From Octopus vulgaris (taxonomy: Eukaryota), in contig OX597825.1 in assembly GCA_951406725.2 (NCBI GenBank), forward strand, positions 79,918,001 to 79,982,000: a stretch of DNA of 64,000 bases, written 5' to 3'. Below the pieces are notes generated by a model. The model worked only from the letters and a program-made list of their open reading frames with translations, had not been told where the DNA came from and made no database searches. The translations under genes and the position numbers were made by a program. This document shows, piece by piece, positions 42,775 to 56,058 of this stretch; the stretch's first letter is position 1, and every line of letters begins with the position of its first letter.

Positions 42775-45385
42775 ATTTAGGGACATCCTAACTGAGAAAT
42801 TTGATGAGCGGGAAGAGGAGCTACAGACTTGTGACATAGAAGGCAACTGGGAATTCCTGCGGGACAGCTTGCTGAGTGCCACAAACCAAATCTGCAGCTG
42901 GTGCAAAATTCCCTCCAGACCTAGGGTAACATGGTGTGGTGAAACACTGCTGTAGGCAAGGCCATTAGAGCAAAGAAACAGGTCTGGAAGGCCAGGAAGA
43001 GTTGGGATAGCAGAGACCTGTATCAGATAGTCAGAAAGGAAGCTAGGAGACAAGTATATCTAGCCAAGAAAAGAAGTTCGTCTATGTTCAGCATTGTGAG
43101 GACCAATGAACTGAAGTGTTTCAGATTGCAAGACAGTGTGTGAGAGAAAGTTGAGATGTTATGTGTCTGCATGGATGATGGTGCACTTGCATTTAATGAT
43201 TCTGCAAAAAAGAGGCTTGGAAATGCCATTATGAACATGGAGAATGAATGGGAAGACTACTGAACATGGAGAATGAATGGGAGGAGGAGAGCCTGTCAAA
43301 TATTGACACAATTTAGGGAGAAGCTACCCAAATTGACAGTACCTTGGTAGATAAAGCAATTAAGGATATAAAGACAGGGAAAGTCCCTGTCTCTATATCC
43401 AGGAATCACTGCTGAAATGCTTAAAATATCTGGTGGTGTGGGTTGTGGTCTAGTCACCTGTATTGTAAATCAGGTGATTCACAAAGGATTAACAGCACTG
43501 TAGTCAATTACTACAAAGGTAAAGGTGATGCCTTAGATAGAAATAATTATAGAAGTATCAAATTTTTGGACCAGGTGATAAAAGTTATGGAGAGAGTCAT
43601 AGCCCAACTAATTAGGAAGAGTCTAGTTGAGATGCAGTATGGTTTTGTGCCAGGGGGAAGCACCATTGATGCTATATTTCTAGTAAGGCAGCTGCAAGAC
43701 AAATACATAACCAAAGACAAACCTTTGTACTTGGCTTTTCTTGACTTAGAGAAAGCCTTTGACAGGGTCCCCCAATCCCTTATCTGGTGGTCAATGTGGA
43801 AACAAGGGATAGATGAGTGGTTGGTGAAAGCTGTTCAAGCCATGTACAGGGATGCTGTCATTTAGGTGAGGTTTGGCAACAAGTACAGTGAAGAATTCAG
43901 GGTACAAGTAGGGGTTCACTAAGGACTGGTCCTCAGCCCCCTCTTGTTCATCATAGTCCTCCAAGCAATAACAAGAATTTAAGACAGACTGCCCCTGGGA
44001 GCTCCTCTATACTGATGACCTTGCTCTTATAGCTGAATCACTACCAGAACTAGAGAAGGAGATCCAAGAATGGAAGCAAGGTCTAAAATCAAAGAGCCTT
44101 AGAGTTAACCTAGTAAAAACCACAGTCTTAGAAAGTAGGAAGGCAGATAAATCACAAATCTTTGGATGAATAAAATGTGCAGCTATATCTGAGGAAGGTT
44201 AACAGGGAAAATAGCTTTCATATGTGGAAGATGCATAGGTACAATAAACACTGAAAATGTACAGAAATTAGACTCCATCAACTGACAGGGGCATGAGCTA
44301 CAGGTAGAAGATGGCTTCCATTATCTAGGCGACCAAGTTAGTAGCAGAGGTGGATGCTCAAGAGCATAGCTGTGAGAATAAGATTAGGCTGGGTAAAGTT
44401 CAGAGAGCTCCCACCTCTGCTGGCAACAAAAGGCCTCTCTTTTGGAATGAAAGGCAGATTGTATGATGCCTGTGTGTGAACAGCTATGCTACATGGCAGT
44501 AAAACATGGGCTGTGACAGCTGAGGTCATGCATAGGCTTGAAAGAAATTAAGCCAGCATACTTTGCTGGATATGCAATATCAGTGTGCATACACAACAGA
44601 GTGTAAGCACCCTGAGAGAAAAGTTAGGCATAAGAGGCATCCAAATTGGTGTGCAAGAGAGACGACTGTGCTGGTATGGTTATGTGATGCATATGGACGA
44701 GGACAGCTGTGTAAAGAAGTGCTGATCTCTAACTGTAGAGGGAACCTGCGGTAGAGCTAGACCCAAGAAGACATGAGATGAGGTGGTGAAGCATGATCTT
44801 CAAACTTTCAGCCTCACGGAGGCAATGACTAGTGACTGAGACCTTTGGTGATATGCTGTGCTTGAGAAGATCCGTCAAGGCATGTGAAATTGTAGTTGTG
44901 GATGATGCTGGTGTCACATAAAGAACACCATCTGTGCATTGGATCTCATGGAGAAAACACCTTCTAAGTGTTGGGCCACATGGAGGGAAAGTGGTTGAGC
45001 TCCTTTTGAGCATTGGGCCTCACAGAGGCGAAGTGGCTGAGCTCCTTTTGAGCCTTGGGCCTCACAGAGGCAAAGTGACTGAGCTCTTTTTGAGTGTTAG
45101 GCCTCACGGAGGGAATGACTGAGACGTTTGGCATTATGTCACGCAGAGCAAAATCGCACTTGTGGCAGATACTGGTGTCATGCAAATGGCACCTGTGCCA
45201 GTGGCACGTAAAAGCATCCATTACACTCTTGGAGTGGTTGGCGTTAGGAAGGGCATCCAGCGGTAGAAACCATGCCAAATCATACTGGAGTCTGGTGTAG
45301 CCTTCCAAATTGCCAGCCCTTGTCAAACCATCAAATCCATACTAGCATGGACAATAGATGATAAATGATGAGGATGATGATGATC
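42775..45385 (+). mobile_element. RTE LINE, longest copy in the window (~2.6 kb, degenerate)
   Basis: YKGKGDALDRNNYR, QYGFVPGGSTIDAIF, LAFLDLEKAFDRVP and YTDDL; (GAT)n tail. Confidence 0.95.
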
Positions 45386-46348
45386 ATCATCGTTTAACAT
45401 CCGCTTTCCATGCTGGCATGGGTTGAACAGTTTGACTGAGGACTAGCAAACCAGAGGTTGCACCAGGCTGAATTTGATCTAGCAAAGTTTCTACAGCTGG
45501 ATGTCCATTCTAACATCGACCACTCTGACAGTGTAATGGGTGCTTTTTACATGCCACCGGCATGAGGGCCAGTCAGGCGGTTCTGGCAACAATCACACTC
45601 AAAAGGTGTTTTTATGTGCTACCTGCACGGTAGCCAGTCCGGTAGTACTGGCAACAACCACACTCGAAAGTTGTTTTTCATGCGCCACTGGCAATGATCA
45701 CACTCAAATGGTGCTTTTCATGTGTCACCAGCATGGGAGCCAATCCGTGGCCCTGGCAACCAATGAATGAGGGGTACTCATAAGTGGGCTGGTTACACCC
45801 CATGTTCAGACATACTTTTAACGTTCCACTAACATGAGTGCCAGTCATTTGCCTCAATAGGTCTTCACAAGCAAGGTTGTCCAATATGTCCAATAAATGA
45901 GGAGTATTCATAAATGGGCTGGTTACACCCATTGGCATGGGCCATGGGCTATAGTCTCACATGGCTTGTTGGGTCTTCTCAAGCACAGCATATCTCAAAG
46001 GTCCTGATCACTAATCATTGCCTCAGTAAGGCCCAATGTTTGATGGTTGTGCTTCACCACCTCATCCCAGGTTTTCCTGGGTCTACCTCTTCCCCAGGTT
46101 CCCTAAACTGCTAGGGTGTGGCAGTTTTTCACACATCTGTCCTCATTCATTCGCAACACATAACTATACCAGTGCAGTCGTCTCTCTTGCACACCACATC
46201 TGATGCTTCTTAAATCCAACTTTTCTCTCAGGATGCTTGCACTCTGTTGTGTATGCACGCTGACATTACACATCTAGAAGGAGCATACTGGTTTCATTCC
46301 TTGCAAGTTTATGCATGTCCTCAGCAGTCACAGCCCATGTTTCACTGA
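45386..46348 (-). mobile_element. 5'-truncated RTE LINE, tail-to-tail with the previous copy
   Basis: catcatcgtttaacatccgc begins immediately after gatgatgat. Confidence 0.9.
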
Positions 46349-47376
46349 CATGTAGAGTCAACCTAGCTAAAACCAAAGTCTTAATAAGTAGGAAGACAGA
46401 CAAACCACAAATCCCTTCAGGTAGATGGCCCTGCTCGATCTGTAGAAAGGTGTATGTAGAAACTTCATAAGATGTACCCAGTGAAAGCTTTGGACACATA
46501 GGAGGTGCAGCAATATCAAAGGGAAGCTAACTGGGAAGATAGTTTTTGTATGTGGCAAATGCTCAGATGCTATAAACACTGAAAATGTGCAGAGAACAGC
46601 TTCTGTCACATTCCAGGGAGAAAAAACTACAAGTAGTTGATAGCTTCCGTTACCTAGGGGACCAAGTCACCAGCAGAGGTAGGATCTCTCTGAACTTTGC
46701 TCAGGCTATTCTTATTCTAGCAGCTACACTTTCAGAGCATCCACCCCTGCTACTGACTTGGTCCATTAAGTTACAGAAGCCATCAACTACTTCAAGTTTT
46801 TCTCCCTGGAATGTGACAGAAGCTGATCTCTCTCCTTTTATTTCGCCGGAGGTCGGCTGTTTCTCTCTACTCCATTCCATTTTTTTTTTTTTTTTCACTT
46901 TCTTTCAAATTTACTTTTATGAACCATGTGGAAAAATACGGAGATTATGAAACTGGAAAAAAATTTTCATTTTCAATTCTCAATTCTCATAAAACATCCA
47001 TATGGACAAGGACATCTGTGTAAAGAAGTGCTGATCTCTAACTGTGGTGGGAACCTACAGTAGAGCTAGACCCAAAACCTCAAAACTCCGAATGTCCTGC
47101 TTATTGAATATGGTCGTCTGCACATGCGTAGATTTCTCCAGAAACAGCAGACGAAAACATATCAAGGCCTTACCAGAAAACACGATATGCTAGAAATAAC
47201 AGCTAAATGTATGGAAAAGATTGTTTCCTCGGCTTAACGACACTTTGTTTTAGCCCTTGTGAATGAATTTAGAAGGCGAAAACTGAAAGAAGACCGTCGT
47301 GTGTGTTTGTGTGTATGTGTGTGTGTGTATCTGTCTGTGCTTGTCACCCCCACCTCTGCTTGAGGACTGGGGTTGG

Positions 47377-47683
47377 GGTACTACTTGAGAACAATGGTCC
47401 CAGTGCGCGCATTCGCGTACGCGCTAGCTAGTCGTGACTAGTCGATGCTACAACGACTACCTAGCAAGGTAAATAAAACAGAAAATGGATAATTTTTTTT
47501 ACACAAAGCAAATAATTTTTGTTCAACAAAGTAAATAAAACACAAAAACACAAAATAATTTTTTAAACAAAGTAAATGGTAACATAGAAAAACACAAAGT
47601 AAGGATCGTTAGTCATGACTAGCTTGCGCGGATGCGCGAGTACGCGAGTGCGCGCACGCGGGCCACTGTTCTCAAGTAGTACC
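47377..47683. mobile_element. MITE with GGTACTACTT... TIRs (Merlin-like)
   Basis: GGTACTACTTGAGAACAATGG ... CCACTGTTCTCAAGTAGTACC; CpG-rich subterminal inverted sequence; no TSD seen. Confidence 0.75.
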
Positions 47684-47694
47684 CATATATCTAC

Positions 47695-47919
47695 GGTACT
47701 ACTTATGAAGAGTGGTCCCGTTGCGCGCACACGCGCATCCACGCTAGATACCTAGCAAAGTAAATAAAACACAAAATGAATAATTTTTTTGGATCTTTTC
47801 GCAACAAAATAAATAAAACACAAAAAACACAAAGTAAGGATCGACTAGTCACGACTAGCTAGCGCGGAGGCGCTAGTACGCGAGTGTGCGCACCGGGACC
47901 ACTCTTCTTAAGTAATACC
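47695..47919. mobile_element. Second related MITE (Merlin-like), 11 bp from the first
   Basis: GGTACTACTTATGAAGAGTGGTCCCG ... CGGGACCACTCTTCTTAAGTAATACC. Confidence 0.75.
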
Positions 47920-48004
47920 GTTTTTTCTATGCTTCTCTCCATTCTACGGCATTCTATATATATGTCTGTACATGTGTTTGTATATTAACATTTATATCTT
48001 TTAA

Positions 48005-49140
48005 GGCGGCGAGGTTGACAGAATCGTTAGCACGCCGGGCGAAATGCTTAGCGGTATTTCGTCTGCCGCTACGTTCTGAGTTCAAATTCCGCCGAGGTCG
48101 ACTTTGCCCTTCATCCTTTCGGGGTCGATTAAATAAGTACCAGTTACGCCCTGGGATCGATATAATCGACTTGATCCGTTCGTCTGTCCTTGTTTGTCCC
48201 CTCTATGTTTAGCCCCATTGTGGGTAGTAAAGAAATAGGTATTTCGTCTGTCATTAGGTTCTGAGTTCAAATTCCGCCGAGGTCGACTTTGCCTTTCGTC
48301 CTTTCGGGGTCGATTAAATAAGTACCAGTTACGCCCTGGGATCGATATAATCGACTTGATCCGTTCGTCTGTCCTTGTTTGTCCCCTCTATGTTTAGCCC
48401 CTTGTGGGTAGTAAAGAAATAGGTATTTCGTCTGTCATTAGGTTCTGAGTTCAAATTCCGCCGAGGTCGACTTTGCCTTTCATCCTTTCGGGGTCGATTA
48501 AATAAGTACCAGTTACGCCCTGGGATCGATATAATCGACTTGATCCGTTCGTCTGTCCTTGTTTGTCCCCTCTATGTTTAGCCCCATTGTGGGTAGTAAA
48601 GAAATAGGTATTTCGTCTGTCATTAGGTTCTGAGTTCAAATTCCGCCGAGGTCGACTTTGCCTTTCGTCCTTTCGGGGTCGATTAAATAAGTACCAGTTA
48701 CGCCCTGGGATCGATATAATCGACTTGATCCGTTCGTCTGTCCTTGTTTGTCCCCTCTATGTTTAGCCCCTTGTGGGTAGTAAAGAAATAGGTATTTCGT
48801 CTGTCATTAGGTTCTGAGTTCAAATTCCGCCGAGGTCGACTTTGCCTTTCATCCTTTCGGGGTCGATTAAATAAGTACCAGTTACGCCCTGGGATCGATA
48901 TAATCGACTTGATCCGTTCGTCTGTCCTTGTTTGTCCCCTCTATGTTTAGCCCCTTGTGGGTAGTAAAGAAATAGGTATTTCGTCTGTCATTAGGTTCTG
49001 AGTAAAAATTCCGCCGAGGTCGACTTTGCCTTTCGTCCTTTTCGGCTTCGATAAATTAAGTACCAGTTGTATACTGGCGTCCATCTAACTCCATTGGCCT
49101 CCTCTCCTAAAATTTCGGGCCTTGTGTCTAGAGTGGAAAA
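48005..49140 (+). repeat. Nin-domain SINE with an internal 184/185-bp tandem array (5 full units plus a partial)
   Basis: Unit starts (ggtatttcgtctg) at 48053, 48238, 48422, 48607, 48791 and 48975. Confidence 0.95.
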
Positions 49141-49336
49141 CAATATTTTTATCTTTTAAGGCGACGAACAGGTGGAAACCATTTTTACCATTACGTTGGT
49201 AAAATTTCAATAAACCCTAAGACGGTGATTTGAAAACAAATATAAAAACACTTTACCTTTCATTTGCTGGATTTACATCTTCTCTTGTTGGACATTTTAA
49301 AAGTTTTCACTGAGCAGACGATAACTAATTCACTAA

Positions 49337-49907
49337 TGCGCATGCGTTAACTGAGAGGTTAAAAATTCTCTCTCCCTGTCTCTCTCCTCTCTCTATCACT
49401 CTCTCCCTCTCACGTTCCCTGTCTCGCTGTCTCTTTCACTCTCTTTCCATTTCTCTTATTCTTTCTCTCTCCCTGTCTCTCGTTCTCTCTCCCTCTCACG
49501 TTCCCTGTCTCTCTGTCTCTTTCACTCTCTTTCCATTTCTCTTATTCTCTCTCTCTCCCTGTCTCTCGTTTTCTCTCATTCTTTCCCTATCTTTCTTTCT
49601 CTCCCCCTCTCTCTCTCTCTCACACACACATTCTCCTTCTTATTCTTTCTCCTCTCTCTCCTTCTATTTCGCCGGAGGTCGGCTGTTTCTCTCGACTCCA
49701 TTCCTTTTTTTTTTTAATCTTTCTTTCCAATTTACTTTTATAATCCATGTGGAAAAAATACGGAGATTACGAAACTGGAAAAATATTTTCATTTTCAATT
49801 CTCAAATTTTCTTATAAAACATCCAACCTTTCCCCTCCGCCCCTCGCTTTCCAAAACCTCAAAACTCCGAATGTCCTGCTTGTTGAATATGGTCGTCTGC
49901 GCATGCG
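49337..49907. promoter_or_regulatory. Candidate promoter region with two NRF1-type TGCGCATGCG motifs
   Basis: Motifs at 49337-49346 and 49898-49907 in a CpG-retaining region; a minus-strand donor AAAG|GTAAAG lies near 49256. Confidence 0.35.
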
Positions 49908-50901
49908 TAGATTTCTCCAGAAAAAGCAGACGAAACATATCAAGGCCTTACCAGGACACATGATATGCTAGAAACAACAGCTAAATGTATGGAAAATAAT
50001 TTTTCCCTCAGCTTAACGACACTGTTTTAGCTCTTGTGAATGAATTTAGAAGGCGGAAACTGAAAGAAGCCCGTCGTGTGTGTGTGTTTCCACTTACAAC
50101 GCTTGGGCCGACCAAACAAAGTCGCTTGTCTAAAATGCTACGCAGTGGGATAGAACTCAGGATCTTGTGATTGCGAACCAAGCTTTTTAACTATTCGGCC
50201 TAAGAGCGTTTTACAATAATTGTAGCTTCATTATCTAATATGTCCTTTTTTTTTTTTTTTTACAGGACTATATAATGTGATCGGAAAGGGATTTGACTGC
50301 TTTTTCTACCAAATCGAACACTAATTGTGATGCTCAGCCATTGACTTTTGTTGGTGTGAGTTTAACCCCAGGACAACATCGATCCAGTAGATGGATGATG
50401 GGAGCCTTTCATGCCTTCATTGATACATCCTTTTCTGCCCTAATACATCTAGGACTACATTGGAAGGTTTTCACTCTTCCTTATTAGTATTAGTATTATC
50501 GTATCGTTGAATACTGCGCCTTTGGATTCACGTTGCTCTATGTTGCCAAAAATAACTGGTAGTTATTTCGGTTTTAATTTGATGTAACTAGGCTATTTTG
50601 CATAAACATTTTGGGTTATATTTCACCCCACCCCCAAAAGAAAATTAAGAAGTTAGCGTAAGGAATGTCAACTCACTCAAATAACCCAAACTTTTTGATT
50701 GATTTCATTTTAAAGTTAAAAAAATAATCTGGAAATGAAATTCTATGCAGGCGAAGTAAAAATACGGTCAAAGGTAAATAACTCTTGTTGCTACTTTAAT
50801 ATTAATTACCTCCCTTAGACCGTTATTGCTTCCCGATCGTAATACACGATCTGATAGGGGTTTTTTTATCGTCTGCTACGAAAAATTATTTTATATAAAT
50901 A

Positions 50902-51262
50902 CAAACCTGGGCACCAAACAGTTAATTGTTAATTAACGAAGTTAACGTTTCCGTTAACGATTTACCTTTTAAGTTAACTTTGGAAACCATTTTCGGACAA
51001 ATTAATTTGAGTTAATTTTAATTCCATTGAAGTTAACAGATTTTATAGTTTTGACACAAAATAAAAGTATTTTTATTTGGTTTTAAAGCAAAACCTGTGT
51101 TCTTTTTTGTTTGTTTTTTTTTATTTACTCTATAATAAAAAATTAACGTTAACGGTTTATCGATAATTTCCGTTACATTTTTAAAGAGTTCACTGATTCA
51201 CGGTTAACGATGTTAACTTTTTGGTTAACGGCTAACTGTTCGATTAACGGTGTTCACCTTTG
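50902..51262. mobile_element. hAT-type MITE with 8-bp TSD
   Basis: TATAAATA duplicated at 50894-50901 and 51263-51270; imperfect TIRs CAAACCTGGGCACC / GGTGTTCACCTTTG; many subterminal GTTAAC motifs. Confidence 0.8.
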
Positions 51263-51499
51263 TATAAATATTATACAGACGTGGTATACTGCGATATAAA
51301 TGGAGTTAGAGAAATATCTTGCATCATAATGGCTACAAAAATTCGTAAAAACAAACCGAAAAGATTCTAATGAAGAACTTTAAATAAATGTTATGTTGTT
51401 ATATATCTCGTCTTGTATGTGAGGTCATGACCATCCCTAATGATTTAAGCGACCACGTAAACCTTTCCGAGTAAGGAACATGTACAGGCGTAGAGCATT

Positions 51500-51630
51500 C
51501 CAGCTTCGGTCCCTCAGCAACTTGGACAAGTGTCTTCTACAATAGTTTCGAACCGACCAAAGATTTGTGATTGGATACGGTAGAACGAAACTGAAAGTAG
51601 CCCGTTGTGTGTGTGTGTGAGTGTGTGTGT

Positions 51631-51672
<42 letters not shown>

Positions 51673-51980
51673 GTACGCGTGAGTGTGTGCGTGAGTACGT
51701 GCGTGCGCGTGAGTACGTGCGTGCCCATGAGTGCGTGTGTACGCGTCAGTGCGTGCGTACACGTGAGTTCGTGCGTGCGTTCCGCCACCGTGTTTGAGAA
51801 CCGACGTTGGTGTGCTTTCGTCGCCGTAACTTAGCGGTTCGGCAAAAGCAGACCGAATGAATAAGCAACAGGCTTTTAAAAAATAAGTGCTGTGGGTCGA
51901 TTCGTTCGACCAAAATTTCTCTCAAGGCAGTGGGTGCCCCAGCATGGCCGCAGTCTAATGAATGAAACAAATAAAAAAAA
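51500..51980 (+). mobile_element. CORE-like tRNA SINE
   Basis: cttggacaagtgtcttct...gaaactgaaag...cagcatggccgcagtc; same family as 14090. Confidence 0.75.
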
Positions 51981-52320
51981 GACGATAAAAGAAAGAAGAC
52001 ATCTTTGTGAGTAAATAAATAAATAAATAAATAATGTGCAGCTGTGGTGGGAGGTATTAAGATAAAGAGAGGAATGTTTAGTGGGAGCAGGAATAGAGAG
52101 AGAGACGGGAGGGGGAGGTACCATCAGTATGATATTGTGGTAGGAGGTAATAACAGTAAGGTGAGACCGACAAAGTGAAGATGTCTACGGGGAGGTAACT
52201 CGATATCCTCTTATCAGATTTGGTTCCACATTTGACTAATAAGGCATAAGTGACGGCTGTTATAAAGAGGAGACACATTTTACCGAAACAAATTATAATA
52301 TCTTTGTCAGCTGGCGCAGA

Positions 52321-52402
52321 GGTAGCGTGGCCGAGCGGTCTAAGGCGCTGGTTTAAGGCACCAGTCTCTTCGGAGGCGTGGGTTCGAATCCCACCGCTGC
52401 CA
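52321..52402 (+). tRNA. tRNA-Leu(AAG)
   Basis: GGTAGCGTGGCCGAGCGGTCTAAGGCG...TTAAGGC...GGTTCGAATCCCACCGCTGCCA; 82 nt with long variable arm; oligo-T Pol III terminator ~8 nt downstream. Confidence 0.97.
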
Positions 52403-52981
52403 GCTTAACTTTTTTTTCCTCATTTTTTAAAAATATTTTATTCTTAAAATATTATTTGGTACGCTAATGTTTCCTCGATACACTTTTAGAATAATTATCA
52501 TTGACGTATGGAGAACAAAATGGGACGAGGCGTCTGTGAGCAAAAGTGTAAAAGAAAAGCCACTTCCAGTATATTAAATGCGGGAATACATCGTCATCGT
52601 CGAAATAATAATCCTTCACTTTTGAGGGAGGAGAGAAGGTCGATAACCTCGACCCCCATTGCTTGAATGGTCTTTATTTTATCGACCCCAAAACGATGAA
52701 AGGTTAAGTCGACCTTTGAATTGGAACTTGGAACGTTTAGGCGAGTGAAATGTCGCTAATCATAGTGTCTGGCGAGCTTAACTCTTCTGCCCGCTCGCCA
52801 CCTTCATAATAACAATGGTTTCAAATTTTGCCACAAGGACAGCAATTTTGCGGGGTGGGATGAATCGATTACATCCACCCCAGTACTCATTCTGCACTTA
52901 TTTTCATCGAACCCTTAAAGGACGTAAGGTAAAGTCGACTTTGGCGGAATTTCAACTCAGGACGCAAAGACAGACGAAATG

Positions 52982-53346
<365 letters not shown>

Positions 53347-53915
53347 AAATGCTCTAATGCAGTACCAGACAGTGGCTTTTATGGCTGCTGATCTTAACTG
53401 ATTGGAAGTGTTATCATGTACATTGTTTTGTGTTGGCATAAAAGATGGGCTACAGCAAATATTCTGCTCAATACCACAGATTTGCTTGTCAGTTGCTTAA
53501 CCGTAACCGGTTGAGCAAGTCCCTTGGTGGTTGATGATATGTGCATCTCTGATCACGAGCAGAAGTAATGGGGGAGCATCACAGCCATGTGTTGAGAGGA
53601 ATTCTTTGGGGGTTGAATAATTCACGTTTGGAAACCTGAGTGTTTTGTTCAATATCCTTAACTCTTATTCAGGCACCTTTTGAGTGGGATGGGCTACTTG
53701 ACCTGAAGAAAATTCTAACTGGGCCCCACCTGCAGGGTCATGCAGTGTTTATTTTGATATAAGATCACTATGTCATGCACATATGGTTGTGATGCATGTA
53801 CCTGGTGTACCCTTATCCAACAGGTAGTCATGATGGGTATACTGAGCTTCATATAGTTTACCCCAGTGTCACTTTGATGGCATGCTCTGCTCTCTCATTC
53901 AATAATAGTAATAAT

Positions 53916-54166
53916 AACTCCCTGGTAACTCCAATCTCCATGAACTACAAAAGATTCCCTTGATGGGAACACCCCATATATTACAGAAAGCATTCTCCAT
54001 CTAATATGGAATAAATGTGGTGATTATTTTAGTGTGCAGAGCAAAACAAAACTGCCCTTGCTACTCTTGGCCTCCAGAAGATGCCTGGTACTAAGGCAGC
54101 TGAAATAAAGTTATAATGGAAGGAAACTACTACTACTACTACTAATAATAATAATGATGATGATGG

Positions 54167-54230
<64 letters not shown>

Positions 54231-55660
54231 GGTGATAATAATAATAAAAGCAACATTATTTGCAACCTTAAAAAGGTTGATCAGTGGAAACTGAATCAAG
54301 AAACGAATAATGTCAATGAAATTCTGAAATACATCAGAAGAAACATCACAGAAACAAATAATTTGATCAAGGCAGCAAGTAAAAGAAATATAATGGGAGT
54401 GACAAAAGAAAAGCTCCATGGTGGAAAAGAAGAATACAGGCGGGGTTGGATATGTTCTCGAAGGACATTTCTGTGTTAGACTGAAAAGAAGAAGGGAGAA
54501 CTTATAAGGGAACGAGAAACAGGGCACTGGACAGGAAGGGTGATATTGAAAGAAAGGGCCTGAAAGTAGCAATGGGGGAACTGAAACAGTGCTTCATTGC
54601 AAAGAAAGCAAAGATGGTAAGATACGACCAAAGAATGAAGGGATGCCAGCAGAATAGGTTATTCAGAGTAGATCAGAAGAGATTCTACAAAGAAATAAAT
54701 GGAGAGTGTACAGATGAAAAGTTGATACCAGACAATGTTGAGGGTGAAAGGTTTTGGAGTGACATCTGGAGCAAAGACAAGGAGCACAAGAAGGATGCTG
54801 AATGGTTGCAAGAACTGAAACAAACAGTAGTCTGTCCAAAACAGGCAGAACTAATCATTTCAGTTTGGGAAGTGAAGGAAATCAGCAAAAAAAAAAAAAA
54901 TGGGCATCTGGAAGGCCCCACGACCAGATGGAGTTCAAAGCTACTGGATCAAAAGATTTGGTGAATGTCATGCATGAATAGCTGCACAACTCAACACCTT
55001 GTTAAACGGTGACCAAATAACACCAGTTTGGTTGACAATGAGTAGGACAGTGTTGTGCTTGTAAAACATCGAAAAACGGCAATATGGTAGACAATTACAG
55101 GCAGATAACCTGCTTGCCGCTTATGTGGAAATTATTGACTGGAATAGTTGCAGAGTCAATGTACGGACATCTGGTAAAAAAATGGTGTCCTGAAACATGA
55201 GCAGAAGTGTTGCAAGCGTAAGTGCAGAGGTACCAAGGATCAACTCCTGGTAGACAAAATTGTACTTAGAGACAGCAAGAGGAGGAAAACTAACTTCGCA
55301 ATGTCATGGATCGATTATCATAAGGCGTACAATATAATTCCACATACTTGGATTATGGAGCGTATGAACCTCTTTGGTATTGCATCAAATGTTGAGTGAT
55401 TGCTTGGAAAAAGTATGGCTAAGTGGAGGACGGAACTGACAGCATATGGAAGAAGTTTAGGGACAATAGAAATCAGGAGAGGCATCTTCCAAGGGTACTG
55501 CCTGTCCCCACTGATCTTTGTACTAAGACTGATTCTGAGGAAAGCAAAAGCTGAGTATGCATTCAAAAGCCACCAACAAAACGTCAGCCATTTGTTATTC
55601 ATGGATGACCTCAAACTTTATAGTAAAGACGAATCCCAAGTCAGTTCTCTCGTTGATACG
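53916..55660 (+). mobile_element. R4/Dong-like non-LTR retrotransposon fragments among (TAA)/(GAT) repeats
   Basis: QNRLFRVDQKRFY, FWSDIW, RGIFQGYCLSPLIF and SHLLFMDDLKLY; a separate 3'-end piece LQKIPLMGTPHILQK at ~53.95 kb. Confidence 0.8.
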
Positions 55661-55976
55661 TTGAGACGCAGCAAATGATTTTACCTCAATAGAGGCCATT
55701 GATTGGTTAAAATTCGAAAAATTAAACTACGTTAAATTTACAACTTACAATTTTCTCAAGAAATCCAAGAGAAAAAATGTTTTATTTTGACACATTCTAC
55801 CAGTATACGAAGTTTAAAAGTGTTTAGTTAACTAGAAATTGTATTGAAAACTGCCGTTCAAAAGGAAAAGATCCAGTGGTACTCCAGCATGGCCGCAGCC
55901 GAGTGACTGAAACAAGTAGAAGAATAAAAGAACATATGAAACAAATTAACATAACGCAAACAAAAAAAATAACACT

Positions 55977-56058
55977 TGGCAGCGGTGGGATTCGAACCCA
56001 CGCCTCCGAAGAGACTGGTGCCTTAAACCAGCGCCTTAGACCGCTCGGCCACGCTACC
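55977..56058 (-). tRNA. tRNA-Leu(AAG), identical to the 52321 copy
   Basis: Exact reverse complement of 52321-52402; T-run terminator downstream on the minus strand. Confidence 0.97.

Noticed and set aside
44955-45120. 42-bp tandem repeats
   Set aside because: Internal to the RTE 3' region and derived from its ORF end; not an independent system.
48053-49020. CRISPR-like appearance of regular repeats
   Set aside because: Whole units are near-identical with no unique spacers; eukaryotic SINE-derived array.
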